A stretch of 64,000 bases of DNA, from assembly GCA_963804165.1 (NCBI GenBank), contig CAWDPO010000036.1:1-64000 (forward strand), given 5' to 3'. The notes beneath the pieces were generated by a model that was not told the origin of the DNA, did no database searches, and saw only the letters and a list, made by a program, of their open reading frames with translations. The translations under genes and the position numbers were made by a program. The stretch's first letter is position 1; every line of letters starts with the position of its first letter. The stretch is from an uncultured delta proteobacterium. Its GTDB lineage: Bacteria; Desulfobacterota; Binatia; UBA9968. Shown here piece by piece: positions 53,579 through 63,352 of this stretch.

Positions 53579-54070
53579 TCAGTCCATGATACGACGTCCC
53601 AAAATTATCAGATCACGTTCGATACCGTCTAGTTCAGCGACTGCGGGCAAAACTGCCCAGCGCTCAAACCCAAAGCTTTCAAACAAATGCAGGCTTGCTT
53701 CGTTGTGGCCGAAGATGAATCCCAGGAGCGTTTTTAGACCGAGTAGAGGCGCGCGCTCGACGGCCCTGGCTAGCAGTGCCCGCCCGATTCCTTGTCGCTG
53801 CAGCGTGTACGTGACTCCGGCGACGAAATCATTGCCGGCTGGCTCAGTTTTCAGTCCTTCTACGGGGCGTCCGGCGTACCACGCTACCGCTGAGATCAGC
53901 GTCAACTGCAACCCAGAGTGGACGTTTCTCCGGATCGTGATCGCGGAACCAGTCACGCCGACTTTCAGTGGATACCGGCTCAGTATCTGCGGTGGCGGTG
54001 CGCCCTGGTACCGACGCATTATAAATTGCGACGATGGCCGGAAGGTCACCTTCCATGGCATCGCGAATCA
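53579..54070 (-). pseudogene. GNAT acetyltransferase (YncA/Pat-like) with its central segment inverted
   Basis: Minus strand gives [17 protein letters not shown]...PLWVAV and [11 protein letters not shown]...[14 protein letters not shown]; the missing middle lies on the plus strand at 53801-53902. Confidence 0.8.
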
Positions 54071-54213
54071 TCGTCGTAACTGCCGTCTTTCTCTCAACGA
54101 ATGGTTTATTCGTTAAGGCTAAGTGTCTCCGTTGCGCCGTCAAGCCTCATCCTGTTTCAGATGGTGCTCTTACGCGTTAGTGCCCAATTTGGGTCCCTCG
54201 GTGGAACGTGTCA

Positions 54214-54825
54214 CTAACCGCCTGAACCGAATTTGATCAACTCGATCGCACGTTTGTTTCCGGCTGCGTCGCCTTCTAACACGTTCATCTCATATTTGAC
54301 GACGCTCGTCGTTTGAGGGCTCCAATAGTAAACGAATATCCAGTGATCGACATTCTTAAACCGCGCCTCACGATCGAGCTTAAAGGCCTTGAAGGTGCCG
54401 GCGCCAATCGTCACTTCGGCAAAGTCCGTGACTTTCGTTACAGCTCTCACACTGCGATCAACCTCCCTACGCCGTGGTCTGAACGTGTAGTTCGTGGTCC
54501 AGGATTTGCCTTTGAAGAGTGGAAATTGGAGATGCTGGAAAGCGGTTTGGTCGACTAGTCCGGTCAGAACACTCGCTCCGGAACGGAGCTCATTCTTTTG
54601 ATACGTTTCCAGTTTGAAAATTTTGAACTGTCCATTGGAATATGCGATTTCATAGATGCCGTTCAGCTCTTTTTCCGTTTTCATATACTCGCCATGCTCG
54701 ACAACCCGGTATTGCCAAAAGTCTCCGTCGACGAAGTTCGGACCCTCAGCGTGCTCCCGTCCGAAAAGATCCACGCAAGCGAGGAGCAAACCCGTCACAA
54801 CGAACGAAAGAGCAAAACGTTTCAT
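54214..54825 (-). CDS. Hypothetical exported protein (possible lipoprotein)
   Basis: Signal with LLAC; GDFWQY, LQFPLFKGKSW, VTIGAGTFKAFK and YYWSP segments. Confidence 0.7.
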   Translation of the reverse strand: MKRFALSFVVTGLLLACVDLFGREHAEGPNFVDGDFWQYRVVEHGEYMKTEKELNGIYEIAYSNGQFKIFKLETYQKNELRSGASVLTGLVDQTAFQHLQFPLFKGKSWTTNYTFRPRRREVDRSVRAVTKVTDFAEVTIGAGTFKAFKLDREARFKNVDHWIFVYYWSPQTTSVVKYEMNVLEGDAAGNKRAIELIKFGSGG

Positions 54826-54837
54826 GACACTTCCGGT

Positions 54838-55725
54838 TCAATCACTTTTCTTACGTAGGATTTTCCAGACAGCGCTCTTGATTTTCATGTCCGGGTCGTC
54901 GAGAAGCGGCTCAATTTCTGCGCGAAGTGATTGTCGAGCGACTTCTCCCAATTCCTCCGCCAGTCTCTTAAGAGCCAATTTTCGGATGCGAGCGTCCTTG
55001 TCACCCAGGCATTTCCGGTACACGCCGACGTGGTTTCGGACTTCAGTGACCCGTCCCAGACAAACCAGAGCATCAAAACGGAGTTCTGGATCTTCATGCT
55101 CTAGGCATTTGAGATAGACTTCTGTGACTTTTGCTTGCTTCGAGTGAAATCGCCACAGGTTAAACAGGATGATCCTCTTCTGTTCAAAGGGACCATGGTC
55201 GAGCCGGTCCAAAAGCAGGTCCAAGATTCTATCATCCCTGAGATTACACAGAGCATTGACGGCGGTTTGCTGAACTTCAGAATCGCTATCAAAGAGCCGC
55301 TCGATCAAAGACGTTGCTGCGTGGGAATTTCCCTCCCATCCCAGCGCGAAAGTTGCATGAAGCCTCCGCTCCGCATGTGAGCTGCCGATCTCTTGCAGCA
55401 ATCGATCCACAAGTGGTTGAGAATTCTTTAACAGTGGACTGATTACACTCAGCTGAATCGCCGCATCATGTCGGATTTCCTCACTCTCGGAAGGATCGGT
55501 CATCAGATCGTACAGAGGCCAAACTACAGCCTCTTTGGCAAAGCTCCCGAGAAGCAAAATGATCTCCCGTTTGAGATCTTGGTCAGCCAGCTTCATAGCT
55601 TTGAGAAGCAGAGGAATGGCTCGATCACTTTCATCAAAGAAGGTTTCCACCGATTCAATATAACTCCTGGCCTTTTTGAGAATGGTTTCTTTCGAATCAA
55701 ATTTGATTACCCGATTCTGCTTCAT
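54838..55725 (-). CDS. HEAT-repeat protein
   Basis: Repeated LxDxDxxVR/IR..A..AL units. Confidence 0.8.
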   Translation of the reverse strand: MKQNRVIKFDSKETILKKARSYIESVETFFDESDRAIPLLLKAMKLADQDLKREIILLLGSFAKEAVVWPLYDLMTDPSESEEIRHDAAIQLSVISPLLKNSQPLVDRLLQEIGSSHAERRLHATFALGWEGNSHAATSLIERLFDSDSEVQQTAVNALCNLRDDRILDLLLDRLDHGPFEQKRIILFNLWRFHSKQAKVTEVYLKCLEHEDPELRFDALVCLGRVTEVRNHVGVYRKCLGDKDARIRKLALKRLAEELGEVARQSLRAEIEPLLDDPDMKIKSAVWKILRKKSD

Positions 55726-55728
55726 TGG

Positions 55729-56418
55729 CTAATGCCGCACTCGTTGCAACACCTCGGTCAGGCTACCGATAGAATCGCCCTGCCATTCTCGAGCTTCACG
55801 AAGAAGGTCACTACGATTGTCCTGCGACGAGTTTCGAATCAGCACGGGATGCAGGCCGACATTGGCGGCGGCGGCCAATTCGTAGTTTTCTCCGTCGGCA
55901 ATGTAGAGGCAGAGTTCAGGCGTGATACCGAGGCCCTCGCATGCAAGATGATAGATACGCGGGTCAGGTTTCTTGAGGCGTTCACGGGAAGAGAAGATGG
56001 GGCTTTCAATCAAATCTGCGAATTCTGTTTCAGGCCAGAGGATCGGGATTTCGATTGAGCAATTGCTGAGCAGGCCAATCTTGTAACCCTCGTTTTTCAG
56101 TCGTGCGAGCGTTGCTACGGCATCCGGTCTCGGGTCGAGAGCTTGTTTTATATGTCGCAATCGAATTTCCACAGCCTTCGTCATTTGTTCCGCAGTAACC
56201 TGCACACCGATATTGTCGCAAACATATTTTATGCTGGCTTCCACAGTCTGAAAGGTTCCGTTCGTTCGCATCTCCGAACTTTGTCGCCATACCTGTACGA
56301 ATTGTTCAGGAGGGACTTGGAGGGCGGCGGGCAACTCTGTATGAATTTGGCCAACCGACGACACGAAGCCGTCCACCAAAGTGCCGAATAGATCGAAGAT
56401 GATTGCATGAAATTTCAT
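55729..56418 (-). CDS. HAD-superfamily hydrolase
   Basis: IFDLFGTLVD, LLSN and KPDPRIY motifs. Confidence 0.88.
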   Translation of the reverse strand: MKFHAIIFDLFGTLVDGFVSSVGQIHTELPAALQVPPEQFVQVWRQSSEMRTNGTFQTVEASIKYVCDNIGVQVTAEQMTKAVEIRLRHIKQALDPRPDAVATLARLKNEGYKIGLLSNCSIEIPILWPETEFADLIESPIFSSRERLKKPDPRIYHLACEGLGITPELCLYIADGENYELAAAANVGLHPVLIRNSSQDNRSDLLREAREWQGDSIGSLTEVLQRVRH

Positions 56419-56520
56419 GATGACGTGATGACGGAGACCAGTTTTAACTACTACCTACGGAATATCTCGGGGCACAATTCAAGTTGAGACTCAGAGCCGT
56501 GTCCGGGTATTGACGGATTG

Positions 56521-57093
56521 TCAACGGGTCTTTGAATACACAAAGCAGTCCCTTGGTTCGGGCGACAGGTTAGGATGAACGATGTAGCGCCTAAGAGCTC
56601 CTTCTCGTTGCATCCCTGCTTTTTCGAGGACGCGCGCCGAAGCTGTATTCTCGACATCGCACAGGGCCCAGACGCGGTAGATGAAATTCAGATTGATCGC
56701 CCAGTCGAAAATCGCCATGGCGGCCTCGGTTACATATCCACTGTTCCAGTAGTTGCGGCTTAGAACATATCCGATATCGGCGGCATGTTCACGCACGCGA
56801 CAGGCGATCATGCCGATGACGCGGTCTTCCTCGGCCCGTGTAATCGCCCAAGTGTACTCCTCGCCCGTTTCCCACTTATCGAGCAGCGACTGCAAAAACG
56901 GCGAAAGGTCCCCTTTATGTTGATATGGCCGCCAAATGAGATAACGCGTGACTTCGGGATCGGCTGCGTAATTATCGAAGATGTCGTCTGCATCAGTCAG
57001 ACGCGGGCGGCGGAGCACGAGTCGCTTCGTCGTAATCAATTCCGGCGGTGATAGTAAATCGGCCCGTGCTATTTTGGAATCGCTGGTCGTCAT
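56521..57093 (-). CDS. GNAT acetyltransferase (RimJ/RimL-like)
   Basis: TKRLVLRR, IGYVLSRNYWNSGY and NTASARVLEKAGMQREG motifs. Confidence 0.9.
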   Translation of the reverse strand: MTTSDSKIARADLLSPPELITTKRLVLRRPRLTDADDIFDNYAADPEVTRYLIWRPYQHKGDLSPFLQSLLDKWETGEEYTWAITRAEEDRVIGMIACRVREHAADIGYVLSRNYWNSGYVTEAAMAIFDWAINLNFIYRVWALCDVENTASARVLEKAGMQREGALRRYIVHPNLSPEPRDCFVYSKTR

Positions 57094-57098
57094 GGGGC

Positions 57099-58292
57099 CT
57101 AGAAGACATCCATTGTCGGAAACTTTGCCTCGCCTCGGATGCAATCCCACAAATAGACGGCGAGACCTGGGTCGCCCGTCCAGAGCGAGTAGCGGCGTTG
57201 ACCATATTCGAGCGCGTGGCGTTCACTTTGCTCGATGGCGTGCATCGCAAAGGCACGGGCCCGTTCCAGCCACTTCACATCACCTGTCCGTCGATAAAGC
57301 TTGAGGAAAGCGTAACCGTTGCCTGCGGTGCCGTGACAAAGGTTGGGGCCTTTCGTGAGCGGGCCGGCTTTCCAGGTGAGCTCGCCACCCTTGATCAATA
57401 ATTGATCGAAAGTTGCATTTATGCCGGACGGCAAGTCTGCGAGACAGGTAATCATCCCGGGTGCACCGTGACAGTGTTGTACGAGATAGCCTGTGCCGCC
57501 AAAACCCGCGGGCCAGTTGGCATAAACATCGTCGGCTTTTGCGGTATGCGTAAGAGTGTCCGCCGCGCGCGCATAGATGAGGGACAGCGTTTGCGACTCA
57601 AGCAACTTACGGCCGCGAACAATCGACAAAACATTAGCTGCAAAACCGTGAACGGCTCCAAGATAGACGCTTGACCTCCCGTAGAGGTCCTGGATCCAAA
57701 CGTAGCAGTCGTGCGCGGTACTTTCCTTCAGTTCAAGTAGAATCTGTCGAGCACTCTGCAAATAGACTTCCCTCCAGCGTTCCTCCCCAGCAAATTCGTA
57801 CATGAAAAGAGCGGCCAACATCGTTCCCGGGGCCCCCCACATGAACTCTCTCGCAGGATTTTTTATGTTTCCTTCAACGGCTCGAAAAATTTCGTCCGCG
57901 AGAGCTTTACGCGGCGAGAGACGCCATTGGAGCAGCAGAATTCCGACGTCGCCCATTAAATACGAAAACGTATTCGGTGCAGAAAGTTTCAAGTCGATGC
58001 GATTTTTTGCCGCCAGGTCGGTCAGAGCATTTGAGTAGTCACGCTTGAGCTTTGTTGCGCCGATCTCGTTGAGATAATGCAAGGCCCAGATAACTCCTGC
58101 CGCTCCGAAATAAAGCATTTTAAATGGTTCGGTATGCGTCGGCTCAAGCTGATCGAGCGGGTGGACCGGCCAGAGTTTCTGCGAATCGAAACACGCATGA
58201 GTGTCGCGGACTATGCGATCGATCGCGTCGTGAGCTCGTTCTTCATTCCAACCTGCCTCGATGAGAGGTTCGTGCCTTGCTTTGTCGTACAT
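57099..58292 (-). CDS. LanC-like (lanthionine synthetase C-like) protein
   Basis: LYFGAAG, MWGAPG, GAVHGFA, QHCHGAPG, NLCHGTAGNGYAFL and SLWTGDPG repeats with Zn ligands. Confidence 0.9.
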   Translation of the reverse strand: MYDKARHEPLIEAGWNEERAHDAIDRIVRDTHACFDSQKLWPVHPLDQLEPTHTEPFKMLYFGAAGVIWALHYLNEIGATKLKRDYSNALTDLAAKNRIDLKLSAPNTFSYLMGDVGILLLQWRLSPRKALADEIFRAVEGNIKNPAREFMWGAPGTMLAALFMYEFAGEERWREVYLQSARQILLELKESTAHDCYVWIQDLYGRSSVYLGAVHGFAANVLSIVRGRKLLESQTLSLIYARAADTLTHTAKADDVYANWPAGFGGTGYLVQHCHGAPGMITCLADLPSGINATFDQLLIKGGELTWKAGPLTKGPNLCHGTAGNGYAFLKLYRRTGDVKWLERARAFAMHAIEQSERHALEYGQRRYSLWTGDPGLAVYLWDCIRGEAKFPTMDVF

Positions 58293-58301
58293 AATTTGAA
58301 T

Positions 58302-60236
58302 TTACAGGTTCTCGATCTGTACCGGCTCCACCGAATCGGCTAGTTCGAATCCGAAAACCTTCGAATAGAAATACAACTCGGCCTCGAGCACCCGCTTGAT
58401 GTTTTCCGCCTTGCGGAAGCCGTGCTGTTCGCCTTCGAACGCAAGATAGGCGACGGGGAGTTTCTTGGCACGCACGGCGTCGACCATTTTCTCGGCTTGG
58501 TTGGGCGGGACGACTTTGTCTTCCAAGCCCTGGAAGAGAATCATGGCGCAATTGAGACGGTCGGTGAAGTGGATCGGCGAGCGTTCGATGTACAGGTCGC
58601 GCCGCTCGGGGTAGGGTCCGATCAAGCGGTCGAGATAGCGCGACTCGAACTTGTGGGTATCTTTGGCCAGCGCTTCCAAGTCGCTGATGCCGTAGTGGCT
58701 GGCGCCGGCTTTAAAAGCATCGCGGAACGTGAGCGCGCAGAGTGTCGTGTAGCCGCCGGCGCTGCCGCCGCGGATGGCGAGACGCTTGCCGTCGACTTCG
58801 CCGCGTTCGGCAAGATGGCTCGCGCCGTTGACGCAGTCGTCGACGTCGACGATGCCCCATTGGCGGTTGAGTCGTTCTCGGTAGGCGCGCCCGTAGCCTG
58901 AGCTGCCGCCGTAATTCACGTCGAGAACGGCGATGCCCCGGCTCGTCCAGTATTGAATCGAATATTTGAGCGACGCCGAACTCGACGATGTCGGTCCGCC
59001 GTGACTCATGACTAAAAGCGGCGGGTTTTCGCCTTCCGGCGCTGTATAATCTCGATTCTGCGGGGGATAGAAATTGCCATGCGCGGTAAGGCCGCGCTCA
59101 GTGGGAAACTCAACGGCTCGCGGAGAGGAAATATATCCGGCGTCAACGTTTGCTTCCCGCGACCGGCGCAGGACTTCAAGACGTTTCACCGTCAAATCCA
59201 ATGAGACAATGGAAGTCGTATCGGTCGAAGATGCGCCGATGAACAGCACGCGATCACCAGCAGATTGAACTTGGGAGATCGTGGTGAACGGGACTTCGAG
59301 GGTCCCCAACGTTCCTGTCGCGGTCTCCAACGTGGCAAGGTAATCACTGCCGTCCTTGGTATAGCTACAGACAATTTGGTGTTTGGATACAAAGCTAAAA
59401 AGGCTCGTGCCGAAGACCCACTGAGGTTGGCCGAACTCGGCATCCAACGGGAAAAGCGGTTCGACTTTGGATTCTTTCAACCGATAGAGATTCCACCAGC
59501 CGGTGCGGTCGGACACGAAATAGAGAACTCCGTCTGGCGACCATTCAGGCTGGAAAATCGATTCGTCGATGCCGCCTGCGATACATTTTTTCTCAGTCAC
59601 CGAGCCGTCGTCGTCGAGCTTGCCGACCCAAAGCTCCGTGCCGTTCCACGGCATGTTCGGATGATTCCAGGTGAGCCACGCCAGTCGAGAGCTGTCGCGA
59701 CTCAGACGCGGCGATGAATAAAAATCATTTCCAAAGACGACGATTTTGCCAGCGTCGTCGCCGTTTAGATCGACACACGCGACTGTATTGACAGCTTCGC
59801 CTGGCCCGGAATGATCCTCGCGCACGCAGTAAAGGAAATTTCTGCGCCCGTCGATTTGACCGTCGGCGTAGCGCATCGCGGATTGTGTGGTTAACTGCCT
59901 TGGTTCAGAGCCGAGTTCTTGGAGATAGAGGCGCTGATCGGTGAAATTGGAAAAAACAATTGTTCCATTGGAAACCGCGTAATCGCCTCCGCCATACTCG
60001 TGCACTCGCGTACGCGCATTGAATCCTGCCGGCGTGACATCCGCCACACTGCCCTCTTTTGAGCGTCGGACGATGACTTTTCTGCCGCCTTCCTGTGCGC
60101 GCCGTTCGATCCAATAGATGTCGTCGCCGTCGAATCGGACTTGTTCCAATCCGAGCTCGCCGCCGGCGACCAGATCTGCCGTAATGGGTGACTTCCAGGA
60201 GCCGTATGGGGATACACTCGACACCATCGCTCTCAT
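58302..60236 (-). CDS. S9 family peptidase (prolyl oligopeptidase/acylaminoacyl peptidase-like)
   Basis: [26 protein letters not shown] and EQHGF motifs. Confidence 0.93.
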   Translation of the reverse strand: MRAMVSSVSPYGSWKSPITADLVAGGELGLEQVRFDGDDIYWIERRAQEGGRKVIVRRSKEGSVADVTPAGFNARTRVHEYGGGDYAVSNGTIVFSNFTDQRLYLQELGSEPRQLTTQSAMRYADGQIDGRRNFLYCVREDHSGPGEAVNTVACVDLNGDDAGKIVVFGNDFYSSPRLSRDSSRLAWLTWNHPNMPWNGTELWVGKLDDDGSVTEKKCIAGGIDESIFQPEWSPDGVLYFVSDRTGWWNLYRLKESKVEPLFPLDAEFGQPQWVFGTSLFSFVSKHQIVCSYTKDGSDYLATLETATGTLGTLEVPFTTISQVQSAGDRVLFIGASSTDTTSIVSLDLTVKRLEVLRRSREANVDAGYISSPRAVEFPTERGLTAHGNFYPPQNRDYTAPEGENPPLLVMSHGGPTSSSSASLKYSIQYWTSRGIAVLDVNYGGSSGYGRAYRERLNRQWGIVDVDDCVNGASHLAERGEVDGKRLAIRGGSAGGYTTLCALTFRDAFKAGASHYGISDLEALAKDTHKFESRYLDRLIGPYPERRDLYIERSPIHFTDRLNCAMILFQGLEDKVVPPNQAEKMVDAVRAKKLPVAYLAFEGEQHGFRKAENIKRVLEAELYFYSKVFGFELADSVEPVQIENL

Positions 60237-60246
60237 GACAGGGCAA

Positions 60247-61371
60247 CTAGATTCGCAGCAGTTTCCGCGCGTTACCGTGTAGCATTGCTTCGCGCTCGCT
60301 GTCAGTGCAGTTCATCGTTTTAATCTTTTCCGCGGCCATCCAGTCGCCAAGATCAAAGGGATAGTCGGTGCCGACCATGACGTGCTCCGCGCCGACCATA
60401 CGCTTCAAATATTCGACGGTCTCGACGCGGTAGACGAGGTTATCGAAATAAAGGTTCTTTAAATATTTGCTTGGTGGTTCTTTGGCCGGCATTCGCGAAG
60501 CGCCGCTGCCGCTACGGAAACCGCTATCAAATCGACCGAGGTGATAAGGAAAGAAGCCGCCGCCGTGGAGCAGGGCAAGTTTCAAATTGGGAAAGCGGTC
60601 GAATACTCCGCTGTAAATCATATAACCGACAGAGAGCGTGGTATCGGCAGGATTGCCGCAAACGGTGCGCAGCCCATACGCGCCTATTTTGTCGCTGCCG
60701 AGCACCCACTCCGGATGCATGATCATGAGCACATCGAGTTCCTGAGCCTTGGCCCAGAAGGGATCGAATTCTTTGTCGTCGTAATATTTGCCGACGACGT
60801 TAGACGCGATAGTTACGCCGGACATCTTAAGATCGCGAATCGCGTGCTCCAACACACGTGCGGCGCGCGGCGGATCTTGCAGAGGGACGGTGGCGATGCC
60901 GACAAAGCGGTCGGGATGCCCCTTCGCCAGACTCATGATCGCTTCGTTGTAGAGCTTCGACCAGGTTTCACCGCGGGTCCCGTCGAGTTCGTACCCGACA
61001 CAGGCGGTATGCACTTCGACGGTCGCAATCCCAATATTGCCTTTGGTCATAACCTCAAGACGATTATTGATTTCCGTCATGCGCGGATCCGGTCTCAAGC
61101 GGTTGCCCTTGGGAAATTGAATTTGAAACGGATTATCTTTGGCGTCTTTTGGCGGAAAATATTCGACGCCGAGTGCCTTGCCGTTGGTTTTGACTGCTTC
61201 GATCAGCTCCAGCGGAATGTAATGATGGTGAATGTCGATCGCGGAAGACATACTGCGACTCGTCATCGACGTGGTCGCGCATCCGGCCAATAAGCCGGAC
61301 GAGGCAACTGCGGTCTTCGCTGTAAGTTTTAGAAAATCGCGTCGCGTTAGACCTGAAATCTCCTTGTTCAT
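60247..61371 (-). CDS. Amidohydrolase-2 (ACMSD-like) with Tat signal and lipobox
   Basis: LTRRDFLK and LAGC; IDIHHH, MHP, LHGGG and GTDYPFD motifs. Confidence 0.88.
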   Translation of the reverse strand: MNKEISGLTRRDFLKLTAKTAVASSGLLAGCATTSMTSRSMSSAIDIHHHYIPLELIEAVKTNGKALGVEYFPPKDAKDNPFQIQFPKGNRLRPDPRMTEINNRLEVMTKGNIGIATVEVHTACVGYELDGTRGETWSKLYNEAIMSLAKGHPDRFVGIATVPLQDPPRAARVLEHAIRDLKMSGVTIASNVVGKYYDDKEFDPFWAKAQELDVLMIMHPEWVLGSDKIGAYGLRTVCGNPADTTLSVGYMIYSGVFDRFPNLKLALLHGGGFFPYHLGRFDSGFRSGSGASRMPAKEPPSKYLKNLYFDNLVYRVETVEYLKRMVGAEHVMVGTDYPFDLGDWMAAEKIKTMNCTDSEREAMLHGNARKLLRI

Positions 61372-61388
61372 CGCTTGCCTCCTATTGG

Positions 61389-61414
61389 AGGACGGGTTAC
61401 AAGCCCGCCCCTAC
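61389..61414 (-). repeat. GTAG-type REP
   Basis: Minus strand GTAGGGGCGGGCTTGTAACCCGTCCT (GTAG plus hairpin), overlapping the stop of the upstream gene. Confidence 0.65.
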
Positions 61415-62217
61415 GATAGAATAAAGTTTCTAATCGCCTCATGCGCGGCAGTCGGATTCGTCGCTAAATAGTGATGACCCTCGCCTTTCAGTACGACGAG
61501 CTTGGCGTCGGGAATTTCGCGCGCCAGCTGTTGCGCTGCATCCCAGTGCGTCCGATCCGCGGCCCCGTGGCGCTCGTCGTCGCCGACGAGGACGAGCGTT
61601 GGTACGCGGATTTCCTTCAAACGATCGGTGTGGTCGTGTTCCTGACGCGCTAAGACGAAGTACAGATAGTTTTCCAGCGGCGCGATCCCGGACATTCTGA
61701 CTTGGAGAAATTTTTCGATCAGCTCCGGATGCGCCGCCACGAACTCTTTTGTCCAACCGGTCTCGATGGTGTGCTCGCGAATGTAACCTTCAAAGCCTTG
61801 GCGCGTCATGTCGCGGCACATCGCGAGCGGAATGCCGTGGGCGCCTGGATGCGAGGTGCCGCTCGAAGCCAGAATGAGCTTCTTGACCCTCTTGGGATAT
61901 TCGATCGTTAACAGTTGCGCGACGACTCCGCCCATCGAGTGTCCACAGACGATGGCTTGCTCGACATCCAAATAATCCAGCAGCGCCGCGGCGTCATCGG
62001 TGAACATCTTGATCGAATATTTCTGGATCGTTTTGCTCGACTTGCCGGTGCCACGGTAGTCGAAGACGATGACTTCATGGTCGCGGGAGAAGTTTGGGAT
62101 CTGATGAAACTTCCACGCCTGATGGTCGAGGCCGGTCACGCTGCAGAACAAGAGCGGCGGTCCATCACCGTGAACTTCGTAGTAGATCTCGGTATCTTTG
62201 AGATTCAAATGAGGCAT
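61411..62217 (-). CDS. Alpha/beta fold hydrolase
   Basis: DYRGTGKS, GHSMGG and GEGHH motifs. Confidence 0.9.
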   Translation of the reverse strand: MPHLNLKDTEIYYEVHGDGPPLLFCSVTGLDHQAWKFHQIPNFSRDHEVIVFDYRGTGKSSKTIQKYSIKMFTDDAAALLDYLDVEQAIVCGHSMGGVVAQLLTIEYPKRVKKLILASSGTSHPGAHGIPLAMCRDMTRQGFEGYIREHTIETGWTKEFVAAHPELIEKFLQVRMSGIAPLENYLYFVLARQEHDHTDRLKEIRVPTLVLVGDDERHGAADRTHWDAAQQLAREIPDAKLVVLKGEGHHYLATNPTAAHEAIRNFILS

Positions 62218-62226
62218 GGTCTTATC

Positions 62227-62249
62227 AGGGCAGCATGCTGCGCCCCTAC
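62227..62249 (-). repeat. GTAG-type REP
   Basis: Minus strand GTAGGGGCGCAGCATGCTGCCCT. Confidence 0.6.
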
Positions 62250-62253
62250 CTCC

Positions 62254-63297
62254 TTACTTAAGACTTGCGCCGTAGGTGGCGTACAATTTGTCGATAAAGC
62301 CGCTGTCTTCGAGTTTGCGCATGAGCCGGTTGTCGATGACGTCCTCGGGTTTGACTTCGCCGACCTTTGGATTGCGCGATTTTAAAAGCCGCTGGGCGTT
62401 GCGCAGCCCTTCGAGGGACGCGAAGGGTTTTCTATCGACGCCGCGCACGAGATCCAAGTACGCGTCCTCGGCGCCCAATGCGTCGACCTTGAGCCAGCGC
62501 GCGAGGGTTTTAATGACCACCGGTTTGTTCTTCGGCGCAAGGGAAAAGACCAACGCCTCGATCTCGCCTTTGAGATAGGCCTCGGCGACATCGGGACGTT
62601 GCTGCAACATCGCGTTCGGCACCACCATCGATTGTCCGATCAATAAGGATTTGAGATCGGTGTACTCGCCGAGCACGGTCATGCCTTTTTGTTTGAGCTG
62701 TTTGGTAAAGACGCCATCGACGGCTGCCGCGTCGCACAGGCCGTTCTCGACACATTGGACCTGCACGGCTTGATCGCCGATGACCTGGAAGCGGATGTTG
62801 TCGCGCTGCTGGTCCAGGCCGAGGTGTTCGAGCCAGAGCAACACGCCCATCCAACTGGTGCCACCGATGCTGGTCACTGCGAAAGTCTTGCCGCGCAGTT
62901 CTTCGGCACGCTTGATGTTGGGCCGCACGACGAGATCGTAGGTGTTGCGCGTGTTGAAGGCGGCGAGAACTTTAAAATCATGGCCGGCGGCAACCGCCGC
63001 GAGCATGGCGCTGCCGCCGGTGCGACCAATGTGAATGCTGCCCGCGGCCAGTCCGGCGACCAATGTCGGCGCGCCGCGGATGAAAATCGGCTCGACGTCG
63101 ATGCCGTACTTGATAAAAAAGCCCTGCTCTTGGGCGAGCCAGAGCGGCACGATCCGGGCGGTGAAGGTGGCGTATCCGACGGCATATTTTGCCGGCGCCG
63201 CGGCGGCGAAGGCGTCAATTGCATTTACAATAAGCGTCAACGAACAAAAGACAATCTTGAGAGCGAGAAGAACACGAGAGCGATTCATAGAACTCAT
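62254..63297 (-). CDS. NMT1/TauA-like substrate-binding protein
   Basis: Signal peptide; PLWLAQEQGFF, ELRGKTFAVTSIGG and LEDSGFIDKLY motifs. Confidence 0.88.
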   Translation of the reverse strand: MSSMNRSRVLLALKIVFCSLTLIVNAIDAFAAAAPAKYAVGYATFTARIVPLWLAQEQGFFIKYGIDVEPIFIRGAPTLVAGLAAGSIHIGRTGGSAMLAAVAAGHDFKVLAAFNTRNTYDLVVRPNIKRAEELRGKTFAVTSIGGTSWMGVLLWLEHLGLDQQRDNIRFQVIGDQAVQVQCVENGLCDAAAVDGVFTKQLKQKGMTVLGEYTDLKSLLIGQSMVVPNAMLQQRPDVAEAYLKGEIEALVFSLAPKNKPVVIKTLARWLKVDALGAEDAYLDLVRGVDRKPFASLEGLRNAQRLLKSRNPKVGEVKPEDVIDNRLMRKLEDSGFIDKLYATYGASLK

Positions 63298-63352
63298 TCC
63301 TTTTGTGATCAGGTATCAGTGCCGAGCCAACTGCACAAGGAAAAAAATTAAG

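Noticed and set aside
51900-58292. Co-oriented short accessory genes resembling an integron cassette array
   Set aside because: No convincing RYYYAAC...GTTRRRY attC pairs in the spacers, several gaps are only a few bases, and no integrase is present
57099-60236. Lanthipeptide biosynthetic gene cluster
   Set aside because: No dehydratase, precursor peptide or exporter visible in the window
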